Shown: positions 8,737 to 18,689, counted from the first letter of the stretch. The stretch: 64,000 nt of DNA from Anaeromyxobacteraceae bacterium (GCA_047602405.1 JASGHJ010000002.1:2976001-3040000); one strand, 5' to 3'. Numbers and translations: made by a program. The notes: a model not told the origin generated them from the letters alone.

Positions 8737-10479
8737 GTGACCGCCTCCGCCCTCGCCGCCGCGCGCGCCTCCGCCCCGACCTCCGACACCCGCGCGCTCG
8801 ACGCGGCGGTCGCCCGCCTGGGCGAGGCGGCGCCCGCGTGGGCGAGGGCGCCGCTCACCGAGCGGATCGCGCTTGCCCGCTCGATGCTCGCCGGGATCGA
8901 CCGGGTGGCCGAGCGCTTCGCGCGGGCCGCCTGCGACGCGAAGGGCATCCCGTTCGACGCGCCCGCCGCCGGCGAGGAGTGGCTGGGTGGGCCCTACGTG
9001 ACGGCCCGCTTCCTCCGCCAGGTCGTCCGCACGCTCGAGGCGCTCGCGAGCGACGGCGCACCGCCCATCCCCTCGGTCGAGGAGGGGCCCGACGGCCGCG
9101 CGGTCGCGAAGGTGTTCCCCTCGGTCTGGACCGACGTCGTCCTCCTCTCCCTCGTGCGCGCCGACGTACGGTTCCAGGAGGGCGTGAAGGCGGGCGAGGT
9201 GCGGGAGCGCGCCGCCCCGTTCCACCGGCACCGCGACCACGACGGCGTGGTCTCGCTCGTGCTCGGGGCCGGCAACATCAACTCCATCCCGCCCACCGAC
9301 GCGATCCAGAAGCTCTTCCACGAGGGCAAGACCTGCCTCGTGAAGCTGAACCCGGTGAACGCCTACCTCGGGCCGATCCTCGAGGACGCGTTCCGGGACG
9401 CCGTCGCGCGGAACCTCCTCGCCTTCGCCTACGGCGGCGGGGACGTGGGCGCCTACCTCGTGCAGCACCCCGGAGTGGGCGAGGTGCACATCACCGGCGG
9501 CGAGCGCACCCACCAGGCGATCGTGTGGGGCCCGCCCGGCCCCGAGCGCGACGCCCGCCTGGCGCGGAACGCGCCCCTCCTCACGAAGCCCATCACGAGC
9601 GAGCTCGGCTGCGTGTCGCCGACACTGGTCGTGCCGGGCGACTGGGACGACGCGACGCTCGCGTTCCAGGCGGAGAGCGTCGCCGGGATGGTGACCTACA
9701 ACTCCGCCTTCAACTGCACGAGCGCGCGCATGCTGCTGACGCCGCGCGGCTGGAAGCTCCGCGAGAGGTTCCTCGGGCTCGTCGAGGCGGCGATGGCGCG
9801 GACCCCGGCGCGCCGGCCTTACTACCCGGGCGCCCACGACGCCTACGCCCGCGCGACCGCCGGACGCGAGGACGTGCGGAAGGTGGGCGGGGGCGCCCCC
9901 GCCGCCGGAGACGGGGGCACCCTGCCCTGGACGATCGTGCGGGGCCTCGACGCCCGCGCGCCCGACCCCGCGTTCGCGGAGGAGCTCTTCTGCCCGGTCC
10001 TCTTCGAGGTGCCGATCGGCGGCGAGGACCCCGCGCAGTACCTCGCCGAGGCGGTGGCGTTCTCGAACGACCGGCTCTTCGGGACGCTCTCGGCGAACGT
10101 GATCGCCCACCCGCGCTCGCTCTCCGACCCGGCGGTCGGCCCGCTCGTCGAGCGCGCGCTCCGCGACCTGCGCCACGGCACCGTCGCCGTGAACTGCTGG
10201 ACCGGCTATGCGTTCGGCTTCGGCACGACGCCCTGGGGCGGCTTCCCGGGCGCGACGCTCCGGGCGCCGCAGAGCGGGCTCGGGGTGGTCCACAACAACC
10301 TCATGCTCGACGGCGTCGAGAAGGCCATCATCCGGCACCCGGCGCGGCACCTCGTGAAGCCGCCCATCTTCCCGAGCCACCGCACGACGCACCTCCTCGG
10401 GCGCCAGCTGACGCGCCTCGAGTCGAGCGGCTCGCTCGCGACCCTCCTCCCGATCACCGGCGCGGTGCTGCGGTCGTAG
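8737..10479 (+). CDS. Aldehyde dehydrogenase family protein
   Basis: LVLGAGN, VKLNPVN, VHITGG, TSELGCVSP, FNC catalytic Cys, EELFCPV. Confidence 0.88.
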   Translation: MTASALAAARASAPTSDTRALDAAVARLGEAAPAWARAPLTERIALARSMLAGIDRVAERFARAACDAKGIPFDAPAAGEEWLGGPYVTARFLRQVVRTLEALASDGAPPIPSVEEGPDGRAVAKVFPSVWTDVVLLSLVRADVRFQEGVKAGEVRERAAPFHRHRDHDGVVSLVLGAGNINSIPPTDAIQKLFHEGKTCLVKLNPVNAYLGPILEDAFRDAVARNLLAFAYGGGDVGAYLVQHPGVGEVHITGGERTHQAIVWGPPGPERDARLARNAPLLTKPITSELGCVSPTLVVPGDWDDATLAFQAESVAGMVTYNSAFNCTSARMLLTPRGWKLRERFLGLVEAAMARTPARRPYYPGAHDAYARATAGREDVRKVGGGAPAAGDGGTLPWTIVRGLDARAPDPAFAEELFCPVLFEVPIGGEDPAQYLAEAVAFSNDRLFGTLSANVIAHPRSLSDPAVGPLVERALRDLRHGTVAVNCWTGYAFGFGTTPWGGFPGATLRAPQSGLGVVHNNLMLDGVEKAIIRHPARHLVKPPIFPSHRTTHLLGRQLTRLESSGSLATLLPITGAVLRS

Positions 10480-10507
10480 GCAATCCGTCGGCCGGAACGC
10501 CGGCCCC

Positions 10508-10570
10508 GGTCACCCGGACCCGGGCCACGGTCGTGCGGACCCGGGCCGCCGTCATCCGAAACCGAGCCGC
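10508..10570. repeat. Three degenerate 21-bp tandem units in intergenic DNA
   Basis: ggtcacccggacccgggccac / ggtcgtgcggacccgggccgc / cgtcatccgaaaccgagccgc. Confidence 0.6.
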
Positions 10571-10612
10571 CGCCTCGACACGGACCTGGGGTGATGCTTT
10601 ATCCTGGCGTCC

Positions 10613-11104
10613 GTGAAGAGCTTCCTCATCTCGTGGCTCGCGAGGCGGTACGCGGGCGGGGACCTCGCGGCCTTCCAGGCCGACCACCCGGGCGAGTGGC
10701 TGGTCTGGGAGGCGGGGCCGTGGCGGCCTCCCGCCTCCCGCCGCGAGACGATGTCCTCCGGGCCCGGCACGCGCCTGCTCGCCGCCGGCGAGTCGCTCGC
10801 CATCCTGCTCGAGCCGAAGGTGTCCGGCGCCCGCGAGGTCCGCCTCGGCCGCTCCGCCGAGAACGACCTCGTGGTCGACGACGGCACGCTCTCCCGGGCG
10901 CACCTCGCCTTCGCGAAGGACGCCTCGGGCCTCTGGACCGCCCGCGACGTGGGCTCGTCGAACGGCTCGCAGCTCGAGGGGAAGCCGCTCCTGCGCCACC
11001 CCACCCGGCTCGAGAGCGGCGCGCGCCTCGAGGCCGGCGCGGTGCACCTCACGTTCTACGACGCGGGCGGGATGTACCTGCGCCTGCGCGGCGCGCAGCC
11101 TTAG
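10613..11104 (+). CDS. FHA domain protein
   Basis: LGRSAENDLVVDDGTLSRAH...DVGSSNGS. Confidence 0.9.
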   Translation: MKSFLISWLARRYAGGDLAAFQADHPGEWLVWEAGPWRPPASRRETMSSGPGTRLLAAGESLAILLEPKVSGAREVRLGRSAENDLVVDDGTLSRAHLAFAKDASGLWTARDVGSSNGSQLEGKPLLRHPTRLESGARLEAGAVHLTFYDAGGMYLRLRGAQP

Positions 11105-11124
11105 GCAGGGACACCGCCGCCGCC

Positions 11125-11610
11125 TCAGCCCGGAGAACGCAGCGCGTCCCGGAGCGCGAGCCGCGCCTCCCGGCGCACCTTCGCGTCGCGCTCCCGGCGG
11201 CGCTCCTCCTCGGTCTCGGCGAGGAGCGGCGGGACCGGCGTCTTCTTCCCGTCCCTGAGCGCCACGAACGTCAGGTAGGCGTCGCAGCAGCGGACGCGCG
11301 CGCCGGTGAGCGGGTCCTCGTCGTCCACCGTGACCTCGATCTCCATCGAGGTCGTGAACACCGCCGTCACCCGCGCGGTGAGCACCGCCATGTGGCTCAC
11401 CCGCACCGGCGCGACGAACGAGAGCTGGTCGATCGACGCCGTGACGACGGGCAGGCGGGCGTGGCGCATGGCCGCCATCCCGGCGGCGAGGTCGATCCAC
11501 TGCATCACCATGCCGCCGAACGCGGTGCCGTGCCCGTTGGCGTCGCCGGGCATCACGAGGTGGGTCACGTCGACGCGCGAGGCGGAGGCGGGCTTGCCGG
11601 TCCCGGACAT
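11125..11610 (-). CDS. Acyl-CoA thioesterase (hotdog fold, YciA-like)
   Basis: MPGDANGHGTAFGGMVMQWID, VVTASID, YLTFVAL. Confidence 0.92.
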   Translation of the reverse strand: MSGTGKPASASRVDVTHLVMPGDANGHGTAFGGMVMQWIDLAAGMAAMRHARLPVVTASIDQLSFVAPVRVSHMAVLTARVTAVFTTSMEIEVTVDDEDPLTGARVRCCDAYLTFVALRDGKKTPVPPLLAETEEERRRERDAKVRREARLALRDALRSPG

Positions 11611-11710
11611 GGGGCCTGTTTACCGCGCCGGGGCCGCCGGCGCGAGGGCCCCTGCGCGCGACAGCCCCCCGGAGTAGGATGCCCGTCCCGCAACTCCCGG
11701 AGACGCCCCC

Positions 11711-12529
11711 ATGCCGCTCGAAGTCACCCTCATCGACTACGCCCGCGACCCGCTCTCGAAGCTCTACGGCGCCTACCGCACCTGCTACACGCCGAAGACG
11801 CCGGGCGAGGTCTGGGGCGAGATCCGCGAGGGCAAGATCACGCCCGAGTCGATCCGGGAGTTCATCGGCGAGCGGCTCAAGACCGGCCACGCCTCCCCGC
11901 TCGAGCAGGTCGTCTTCTGGTTCGGCATCTCCGGCGTGTCGCGGGCGCTCAGCCACCAGTTCGTCCGGCACCGGATCGGCATCAGCTTCGAGCAGCAGTC
12001 GCAGCGGTACGTGAAGTACAAGGAGGAGCGGCTCGACTACGTCATGCCGAAGACCTGGGAGAAGGTCCCCGGCATGGCCGACGCGTACGACCGCCTCATG
12101 CGGGAGATCACCCGCGTCTACGAGGACGCGCTCGCGAAGGGCATCCCCGCCGAGGACGCGCGCTTCGTGCTCCCGAACGCCACCCCCACCAACTTCCAGG
12201 TGATGGTGAACTTCACCGAGCTGCTGCACATTGCCGACCTCCGGCTCTGCTGGCGCGCGCAGTGGGAGATCCGCCACATGGTGGCCCAGATGCGGCGCGA
12301 GGTGATGAAGGCCATCCCGGAGATCGGCGGGTACCTGCAGCCGAAGTGCGGCGACAAGCGCACGGGCTACTGCGACGAGCCCCGCAAGGAGTGGGAGAAG
12401 TGTCCGCTCGGGAAGGTGCGGCCGCACAAGGAGCAGATCCTCGAGGTCTTCCGGGAGTACCGCTCGGGGAACCTCGTGCCGCTCGGCGAGAACCACCTCC
12501 GCGAGGTCGAGGACGCGGGGAACGAATGA
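11711..12529 (+). CDS. thyX: FAD-dependent thymidylate synthase
   Basis: GHASPLEQ, SHQFVRHRIGISFEQQSQRY (RHRx7S), EDARFVLPNA, AQWEIR. Confidence 0.95.
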   Translation: MPLEVTLIDYARDPLSKLYGAYRTCYTPKTPGEVWGEIREGKITPESIREFIGERLKTGHASPLEQVVFWFGISGVSRALSHQFVRHRIGISFEQQSQRYVKYKEERLDYVMPKTWEKVPGMADAYDRLMREITRVYEDALAKGIPAEDARFVLPNATPTNFQVMVNFTELLHIADLRLCWRAQWEIRHMVAQMRREVMKAIPEIGGYLQPKCGDKRTGYCDEPRKEWEKCPLGKVRPHKEQILEVFREYRSGNLVPLGENHLREVEDAGNE

Positions 12530-15042
12530 TCGGCGCCGGCCGGGTCGCGGCGCTCGCCAGCCTCGCGGGGCTGCTCGGCCTGGCGTCGTGGCCGGGGCCC
12601 GCCGCCGCGCAGGTCGCGGCGGTGCTCGAGCGCGAGGCGGGCGGGCTCGGCGGGGTGCCGGTGACGGTGCCGGGCGTCGCGGCGGCCGAGGAGGCCACCG
12701 CGATGGCGGTGAACCCGGCCGGCCTCTCGCTCCTCGGCGGGCAGCAGATCGCCTGGCAGCACGAGAGCGGGCTCACGCCCGGCTCCCGCGGCGACGCGCT
12801 CTTCGTCGGGCAGCCCTTCGGCGCGGTGGGCCTCGGGCTCGGGCTCGAGTGGATCCGGCCGGGACACCCCGGCGGCGGCGACCGCTGGCGGAAGACCACC
12901 TTCGGGCTCGCGCTCGGCGGGCCGGTCCTCGGCCTCGGCGTGAACTGGAACTGGTACGCCTCGCCCGACCGCGCCATCGACCACGCGGAGAGCTGGGACG
13001 CGGGCCTCGTGCTCCGCCCCTGGCGCCACGTCTCGCTCGGCCTGTCGGCGATGAACCGGGACCTGAGGGTCGGCGGCGCGCGCCTGCCGATCCGGTACGA
13101 CGCCGGGCTCGGCGTCCGCGTCTGGCGGGACAGCCTCACCCTCACCGCGGACCTCGTGGGCGACGACGACCGGAAGGACGGCCTGCGCGCGACGCACGCC
13201 GCGGTGGGCGTCGGCCTCGAGCACCCGTCCGGCGTCGGCCTGTCGGGCCAGCTGCAGGTGCCCATCCGCGACGGGGTCCCGGGCGGCACGCTCGGCGTCT
13301 TCGCGGTGACCTGGAACGGCGGCCACGCCGGGCTGTCGGCGGGCGGCCACCCGGGCTCGGGCTGGCTCGGGGGCGCGCGCCTCTCCACCGAGCGCTACCC
13401 GTCGGCGACGCCGCTCCGGCGGGTGCCCGCGCTCGACGTCGACCGCGAGCTCGAGCCGCGCACCTTCCTCGTCTGGGAGATTGGCGACCGCGACCGCTGG
13501 GGGGCGCTCCTCGAGAAGCTCTCCCGGCTGCGCGACGACCCCGAGGTGGGCGGCCTCATCCTGAAGCTCCCGGGCAGCCTCGATCTCGGCGGCGGGCGCG
13601 CCGAGGAGCTCCGGCAGGCCGTCGCCGGCGTCGCCGCGCGGCACCCGGTCCTCGCGTACCTGGACGGCGGTGACACGCGCGGCTACTGGGTCGCCTCCGC
13701 GGCGACGGCGGTCGCCGCGGTGCCCGGCTCGACGCTGTTCGTGACCGGCCTCGGCCGCTCGCGGCTCTACTTCAAGGACGCCCTCGCGCGCCTCGGCATC
13801 GCGGTCGAGGTCGTGAAGGTGGGCGCCTACAAGAGCGCGACCGAGCCGCTCGTCCGGATGGAGTCGTCGCCCGAGGCCCGCGAGGCCGAGGACGCGCTCC
13901 TCGACGACGTGTACGGCCGGCTCGTCGGCGACCTCGCCGCCGGCCGCAAGCTCGCCCCCGAGAGGGTGCGCGCGCTGCTCGCGCAGGGCGTCTTCACGGC
14001 CGAGGACGCGAAGGAGGCCGGGCTCGTCGACGCCGTGCTCTGGCCCGACGAGCTCGAGGCGTGGGCGCGCGCGCGCACGGGCGCCCGCGCCTCGCTCGGC
14101 GCGTACGTGCCGCCGCTCGATCGCGTCGCGCGCCGGTGGGGGCCGCGGCCGGTGGTGGAGGTCGTCCGCGTCGAGGGCACCATCGCGAAGGGGCGCACGC
14201 GCAAGGTGTCCGGCGCCGGCCTCGCGGGCTCCGAGAGCGTCTGCGCCGACCTCCGGCGCGCCGCCGAGGATCCCGCCGTGCGCGCCATCGTGCTCCGCAT
14301 CGAGTCGCCCGGCGGCGACGGGGCCGCCGGCGATTCCATCTGGCGCGAGGTCTCGCGCGCCGCGAAGAAGAAGCCGGTCATCGCCTCGATGGGCGACGTC
14401 GCGGCGAGCGCGGGCTACCTCGTCGCGGCGCCGGCCACCGCCATCGTGGCGGAGCCCTCCACCATCACCGGCTCCATCGGCGTCTTCGCGGTGAAGCCCG
14501 ACCTCTCGGGCCTGCTCGAGAAGCTCACGGTCCGGCGCGAGACGGCGCTCCGGGGCGAGAACGCCGACATCACCTCCGTGCTGAAGCCCTTCAGCCCCTC
14601 CGAGCGCGCCGCGGCCCAGAAGGCCATCGACGCCTTCTACGCCTCCTTCGTGCAGAAGGTCGCCGAGGGCCGCGGCCTGCCGCGGGCGGACGTGGAGGCC
14701 ATCGCGGGCGGGCGGGTGTGGTCGGGGAAGGCGGCCCGCGAGCGGCGCCTCGTCGACCGGCTGGGCTCGCTCGAGGACGCGGTCGCGCTCGCCCGGGAGA
14801 AGGCCGGCCTCGGCCCGGACTCCGGGGTCCTCGTGCGCCGGGGCGGCGACGTGGGCGTGGGCCTCGCCGCGGGCCCGCTCGCCGCGATGGCACGCACGGT
14901 GCCCGCGGTGGACGCGCTCACGCGGGCGGCGGCCCTCGTCCCGGAGCTCTCGGCCCTGGCCGTGCTCTCCGAGCTGGGGCCGGTGCTGGCCATGCCGGAG
15001 GAGTGGGTCGTTCCCGGCCTGGCAGGTCCCGCCGCCCCGTGA
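12526..15042 (+). CDS. sppA: Signal peptide peptidase SppA (S49) with N-terminal beta-barrel-like extension
   Basis: ATGA overlap with thyX; GAYKSATEP, IESPGG, SMGDVAASAGY, TITGSIGV, GGRVWSG. Confidence 0.9.
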   Translation: MIGAGRVAALASLAGLLGLASWPGPAAAQVAAVLEREAGGLGGVPVTVPGVAAAEEATAMAVNPAGLSLLGGQQIAWQHESGLTPGSRGDALFVGQPFGAVGLGLGLEWIRPGHPGGGDRWRKTTFGLALGGPVLGLGVNWNWYASPDRAIDHAESWDAGLVLRPWRHVSLGLSAMNRDLRVGGARLPIRYDAGLGVRVWRDSLTLTADLVGDDDRKDGLRATHAAVGVGLEHPSGVGLSGQLQVPIRDGVPGGTLGVFAVTWNGGHAGLSAGGHPGSGWLGGARLSTERYPSATPLRRVPALDVDRELEPRTFLVWEIGDRDRWGALLEKLSRLRDDPEVGGLILKLPGSLDLGGGRAEELRQAVAGVAARHPVLAYLDGGDTRGYWVASAATAVAAVPGSTLFVTGLGRSRLYFKDALARLGIAVEVVKVGAYKSATEPLVRMESSPEAREAEDALLDDVYGRLVGDLAAGRKLAPERVRALLAQGVFTAEDAKEAGLVDAVLWPDELEAWARARTGARASLGAYVPPLDRVARRWGPRPVVEVVRVEGTIAKGRTRKVSGAGLAGSESVCADLRRAAEDPAVRAIVLRIESPGGDGAAGDSIWREVSRAAKKKPVIASMGDVAASAGYLVAAPATAIVAEPSTITGSIGVFAVKPDLSGLLEKLTVRRETALRGENADITSVLKPFSPSERAAAQKAIDAFYASFVQKVAEGRGLPRADVEAIAGGRVWSGKAARERRLVDRLGSLEDAVALAREKAGLGPDSGVLVRRGGDVGVGLAAGPLAAMARTVPAVDALTRAAALVPELSALAVLSELGPVLAMPEEWVVPGLAGPAAP

Positions 15043-15454
15043 AGCGGCGTGGGCGGGGTTCCGGGGGTTTCGGGGCCCCCCGCCCGGCCACCCCATTGAC
15101 GGAGCAACTTCCGCCCGAACGGCTTTTTTGCTATGGATCGGGTTGTCGGGACACCGCGAGGGCTTTAGGTTTGACCGCGGACCCGCACCGGGGCGTGTTC
15201 GGCACGCCCGGAGTATCCAGCCCCTGGCTACGAAACGCCTGGACGCCGCCCTGTGTCTCCTTGAAGGCAGAGGCGAGTGCCAGTGACGATGCCGGGGCCG
15301 CGTGACGCGGGCCACCGCCGCTGCATCTCAGCCAAGCTGAATCTCAGCGAAGCAGCAGCAGCACAGCACGAGCCGCGACACGCGCACCCAGACGCGACGA
15401 AGGGCGCGCCAGGAGGACCCGAGAGGTCCCCGGGCCGGAACAGGCAGACACAGC

Positions 15455-16879
15455 ATGAACGAGCACGAAGAGACCCCCTCCGCGGTCGCGGGTGGGGCCC
15501 CGCAGCAGAGCATCCCGGCGCAGGCCGGGCCGGCCGGCGGCGACGACGGGCAGCAGCCCGGCACCGCGAACGGCGCCCCGGGCGCCGGGGGCGGGCGCCG
15601 CAGGCGCCGCCGTCGCGGGCGCCGCGGACGCGGGAACCAGCCCGGCCAGCCGGGCCAGGGCGGGAGCCCGCAGCTCGTGGGCCCGGGCGGCCAGCCCGGC
15701 CCCGCGGCCCAGGTGAACGGCGCCCAGGGGGCCGTCGCGGGCTCGCAGCAGCAGGCGCAGCCGGCCCCGCAGGGCTCGCCCGAGGTGCTCGAGGAGGTCG
15801 AGGGCATCCTCCAGTTCGAGGGCAAGGGCAACGGGTACCTCCGCGACCCGAAGAAGAGCTACCTGCCGCAGCCCTTCGACGTCGAGGTCCCGCGCTGGCT
15901 CGTGGACCGCATGCACCTGCAGCCCGGCCTCCACGTGAAGGGCCAGGCGGCGAATCGGAACATGAAGCGGGTGCTCGCGAAGATCGACGCGCTCGAGGGC
16001 GCCGACCCCATCGCCGTCGCCCGCCGCACCCACTTCCAGAACCTCACCGCGACCGACCCCACCGAGCGCCTCGTCATGGAGACGAAGGGCGACGAGATGA
16101 TCGGCCGGGTGCTCGACCTCATCGCGCCCATCGGCCTCGGCGCCCGCGGCCTCATCACCTCGCCGCCGAAGGCCGGCAAGACCATCATGCTGCAGCGGAT
16201 CGCCCAGGCGATCACGACGAACCGGCCGGACGTGCACCTCACGGTGCTCCTCGTGGACGAGCGCCCCGAGGAGGTCACCGACATGAAGCGGAACATCCAG
16301 GGCGAGGTCATCGGCTCGTCCAACGACCGCCCGACCGAGGAGCACCTGCACGTCGCCGAGATGGCCCTCGAGCGCGCGAAGCGCCTCGTCGAGGGCGGCA
16401 AGGACGTCGTCATCCTGCTCGACTCGATCACCCGCCTCTCGCGCGCCTACAACAAGGAGGTCGAGTCCTCCGGCCGCACGCTGACCGGCGGCGTCGACTC
16501 CCGCGCGCTCGAGCGCCCGAAGCGGCTGTTCGGCTCGGCCCGCAAGGCCGAGGAGGGCGGCTCGCTCACCATCATCGCGACCGCGCTCATCGACACCGGG
16601 TCGCGCATGGACGAGGTGATCTTCGAGGAGTTCAAGGGCACCGGCAACATGGAGGTGGTGCTGTCCCGGCAGCTCGCCGAGCGGCGCATCTTCCCCGCCA
16701 TCGACATCGGCGCGTCCGGCACCCGCAAGGAGGAGAAGCTCTTCTCGACGAAGGAGATCGAGAAGGTGCGGCGCCTCCGCGGCGCGCTCGCCTCGCTGAA
16801 GCCGGTCGAGGCCATGGAGCGGCTCCAGAAGAAGCTCGCCGAGTTCGACACGAACGACGAGTTCCTCCAGAGTTTCTGA
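15455..16879 (+). CDS. rho: Transcription termination factor Rho with low-complexity N-terminus
   Basis: SPPKAGKT, VLLVDERPEEVTDM, LLDSITRL, IFEEFKGTGNME. Confidence 0.97.
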   Translation: MNEHEETPSAVAGGAPQQSIPAQAGPAGGDDGQQPGTANGAPGAGGGRRRRRRRGRRGRGNQPGQPGQGGSPQLVGPGGQPGPAAQVNGAQGAVAGSQQQAQPAPQGSPEVLEEVEGILQFEGKGNGYLRDPKKSYLPQPFDVEVPRWLVDRMHLQPGLHVKGQAANRNMKRVLAKIDALEGADPIAVARRTHFQNLTATDPTERLVMETKGDEMIGRVLDLIAPIGLGARGLITSPPKAGKTIMLQRIAQAITTNRPDVHLTVLLVDERPEEVTDMKRNIQGEVIGSSNDRPTEEHLHVAEMALERAKRLVEGGKDVVILLDSITRLSRAYNKEVESSGRTLTGGVDSRALERPKRLFGSARKAEEGGSLTIIATALIDTGSRMDEVIFEEFKGTGNMEVVLSRQLAERRIFPAIDIGASGTRKEEKLFSTKEIEKVRRLRGALASLKPVEAMERLQKKLAEFDTNDEFLQSF

Positions 16880-16894
16880 GTCTCAGGGGGGCCC

Positions 16895-16941
16895 TCCCTC
16901 GACTCCGGCCCGCTTCGCGGGCCTACGCTCGGGATGAGCGG
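16895..16941. repeat. REP-like palindromic repeat, copy 1
   Basis: TCCCTCGACTCC-GGCCCGC-ttc-GCGGGCC-TACGCTCGGGATGAGCGG; matches 18347 and 42304. Confidence 0.85.
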
Positions 16942-17117
16942 CCCCCCTCCCCTGGATCGGCTCCGCCTGGCCGCGGCCGTCTTCGCGGCCGCGGCGGAGG
17001 CTTCGCTGAGAAGCGGTCCGGTCGCACACCCTCCCACCACCCGATGGCGGACCCCGTGTTCGTGGGGGGTCACCTCGGGTGTGTCCGCTCGCGGCACCGC
17101 GCTAGGATGCCGGGCGG

Positions 17118-18329
17118 ATGACCGCCCCCTCGCCTGCCGGCTCCCCGGCCCCGCTGCCCCGCGTGGTCGTCGTCGATGACGACGAGCTCATCGTCCGGGC
17201 CCTCAGCCGGATCATGGAGCTCGCGGGCTTCGAGCCGCGGGGCTACCTGTCGCCCCAGGGCGCGCTCGAGCACCTCGAGGCCGACGCACCGGTCGTCATC
17301 ATCGCCGACTACATGATGCCGGGGATGGACGGCATCGAGTTCCTGAAGCTCGCGCGCCAGAAGGTGCCCGGCACGACCCGGATCCTCTGCACCGCCGCCG
17401 AGGACTTCCGCGTCGCGCTCGAGGCGGTGAACTCCGGCGAGGTCTACCGCATCGTCGCGAAGCCCTGGCACCAGGGCGAGGTCGTCCAGATCGTCCAGCA
17501 GGCCGCCGAGTCGGCCCGGCTGCGCGCCGAGAACGAGCGCCTCAACCGCGAGCTCCGCCAGTCGAACGGCGAGCTCGAGTCGGCGAACGGGAAGCTCCAG
17601 TCCGCGAACGAGCAGCTCCGCGGCGTGAACGTCCGGCTCGAGGAGATGGTGAAGGCGCGCACCGGCGCCCTGCTCGAGGGGCTGATCTCCGCGCTCGACT
17701 ACCGCGACGCCGAGACCCAGTGGCACTCGCGCCGCGTCTCGCTCTACGCCCGCCGCCTCGCGCAGGCCGTCGGCGTGCGCGGGCCCGAGCTCGACATCAT
17801 CGAGCACGGCTCGCTCCTGCACGACATCGGCAAGATCGGCGTGCGCGACCACGTGCTCCTGAAGCCCGGCCCGCTCACGCCCGAGGAGTGGGACGAGATG
17901 AAGCGCCACCCCGAGCTCGGGTGGGCGCTCTGCCAGCGGGTGGACTACCTGAAGCCGTCGTCGATCATCGTCCTGCAGCACCAGGAGAAGTGGGACGGCA
18001 CCGGGTACCCCTCGGGCCTGAAGGGCGATCACATCACGCTCGGCGCGCGGATCTTCCACATCGTGGACACCCTCGACGCCATCACGAGCGACCGCCCCTA
18101 CCGCAAGGCGAAGCCGCTCTCGGTCGCGCGCGCGGAGATCCTGCGCTGCGGCGGGACGCAGTTCGACCCGAAGCTCGTCGAGGCGTTCCTCGCCGTGCCC
18201 GACGACGAGTGGGAGCGGATCCGCCTCGACGTCGAGCAGGCGGCGATGCTGTCCGCCGAGCTCGCCGAGAACTCGCCGAAGGCCACCGACGGCCTCATCC
18301 GCGTGCTGCGCGGGACGCTGCCGGTCTGA
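17118..18329 (+). CDS. Response regulator with HD-GYP phosphodiesterase domain (RpfG-like)
   Basis: REC VVDDD...ADYMMPGMDG, coiled coil, HSRRV, LHDIGKIG, HQEKWDGTGYP, SDRPYRK. Confidence 0.93.
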   Translation: MTAPSPAGSPAPLPRVVVVDDDELIVRALSRIMELAGFEPRGYLSPQGALEHLEADAPVVIIADYMMPGMDGIEFLKLARQKVPGTTRILCTAAEDFRVALEAVNSGEVYRIVAKPWHQGEVVQIVQQAAESARLRAENERLNRELRQSNGELESANGKLQSANEQLRGVNVRLEEMVKARTGALLEGLISALDYRDAETQWHSRRVSLYARRLAQAVGVRGPELDIIEHGSLLHDIGKIGVRDHVLLKPGPLTPEEWDEMKRHPELGWALCQRVDYLKPSSIIVLQHQEKWDGTGYPSGLKGDHITLGARIFHIVDTLDAITSDRPYRKAKPLSVARAEILRCGGTQFDPKLVEAFLAVPDDEWERIRLDVEQAAMLSAELAENSPKATDGLIRVLRGTLPV

Positions 18330-18346
18330 GTTTCACGGGGGGCTCG

Positions 18347-18393
18347 TCCCTCGACTCCGGGCCGCTGCGCGGCCCTACGCTCGGGATGAACGG
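18347..18393. repeat. REP-like palindromic repeat, copy 2
   Basis: TCCCTCGACTCC-GGGCCGC-tgc-GCGGCCC-TACGCTCGGGATGAACGG. Confidence 0.85.
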
Positions 18394-18689
18394 GACCCCA
18401 CCCCGGCAGCAGACCGATCGGCGGCGCAGCCGGCGATCGCGCCGGGCGCCGCATCGCGCCCCATGCGCTCCACCGGTGGCGTAACTTCCGGGGCCTGCGG
18501 CGGGTGGGCTCGGTTCGACTCACCCGCCTACGTGCGGGCCGTCGACCCGACGGGTGAACCCAGAATCCGTGAGGTCATTCTCCGGTGATGTCCCTGCAGG
18601 GACGTCCAGGCCCGCCGGCGCGAGCGCTCTCCGATTTCACGAACCGTGATTGTCGGCCAGCTGCCGCGCAGACGTCTGCGCCGCGCCCC

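Noticed and set aside
6409..10392. Very long antisense or alternate-frame ORFs (e.g. 6409-10392, 24765-27689, 38663-42262, 60169-63264; extensions such as 24128-27739 and 10591-12525)
   Set aside because: Shadow ORFs expected at this GC content; Arg/Gly/Ala-rich with no motifs, and they overlap well-supported genes.
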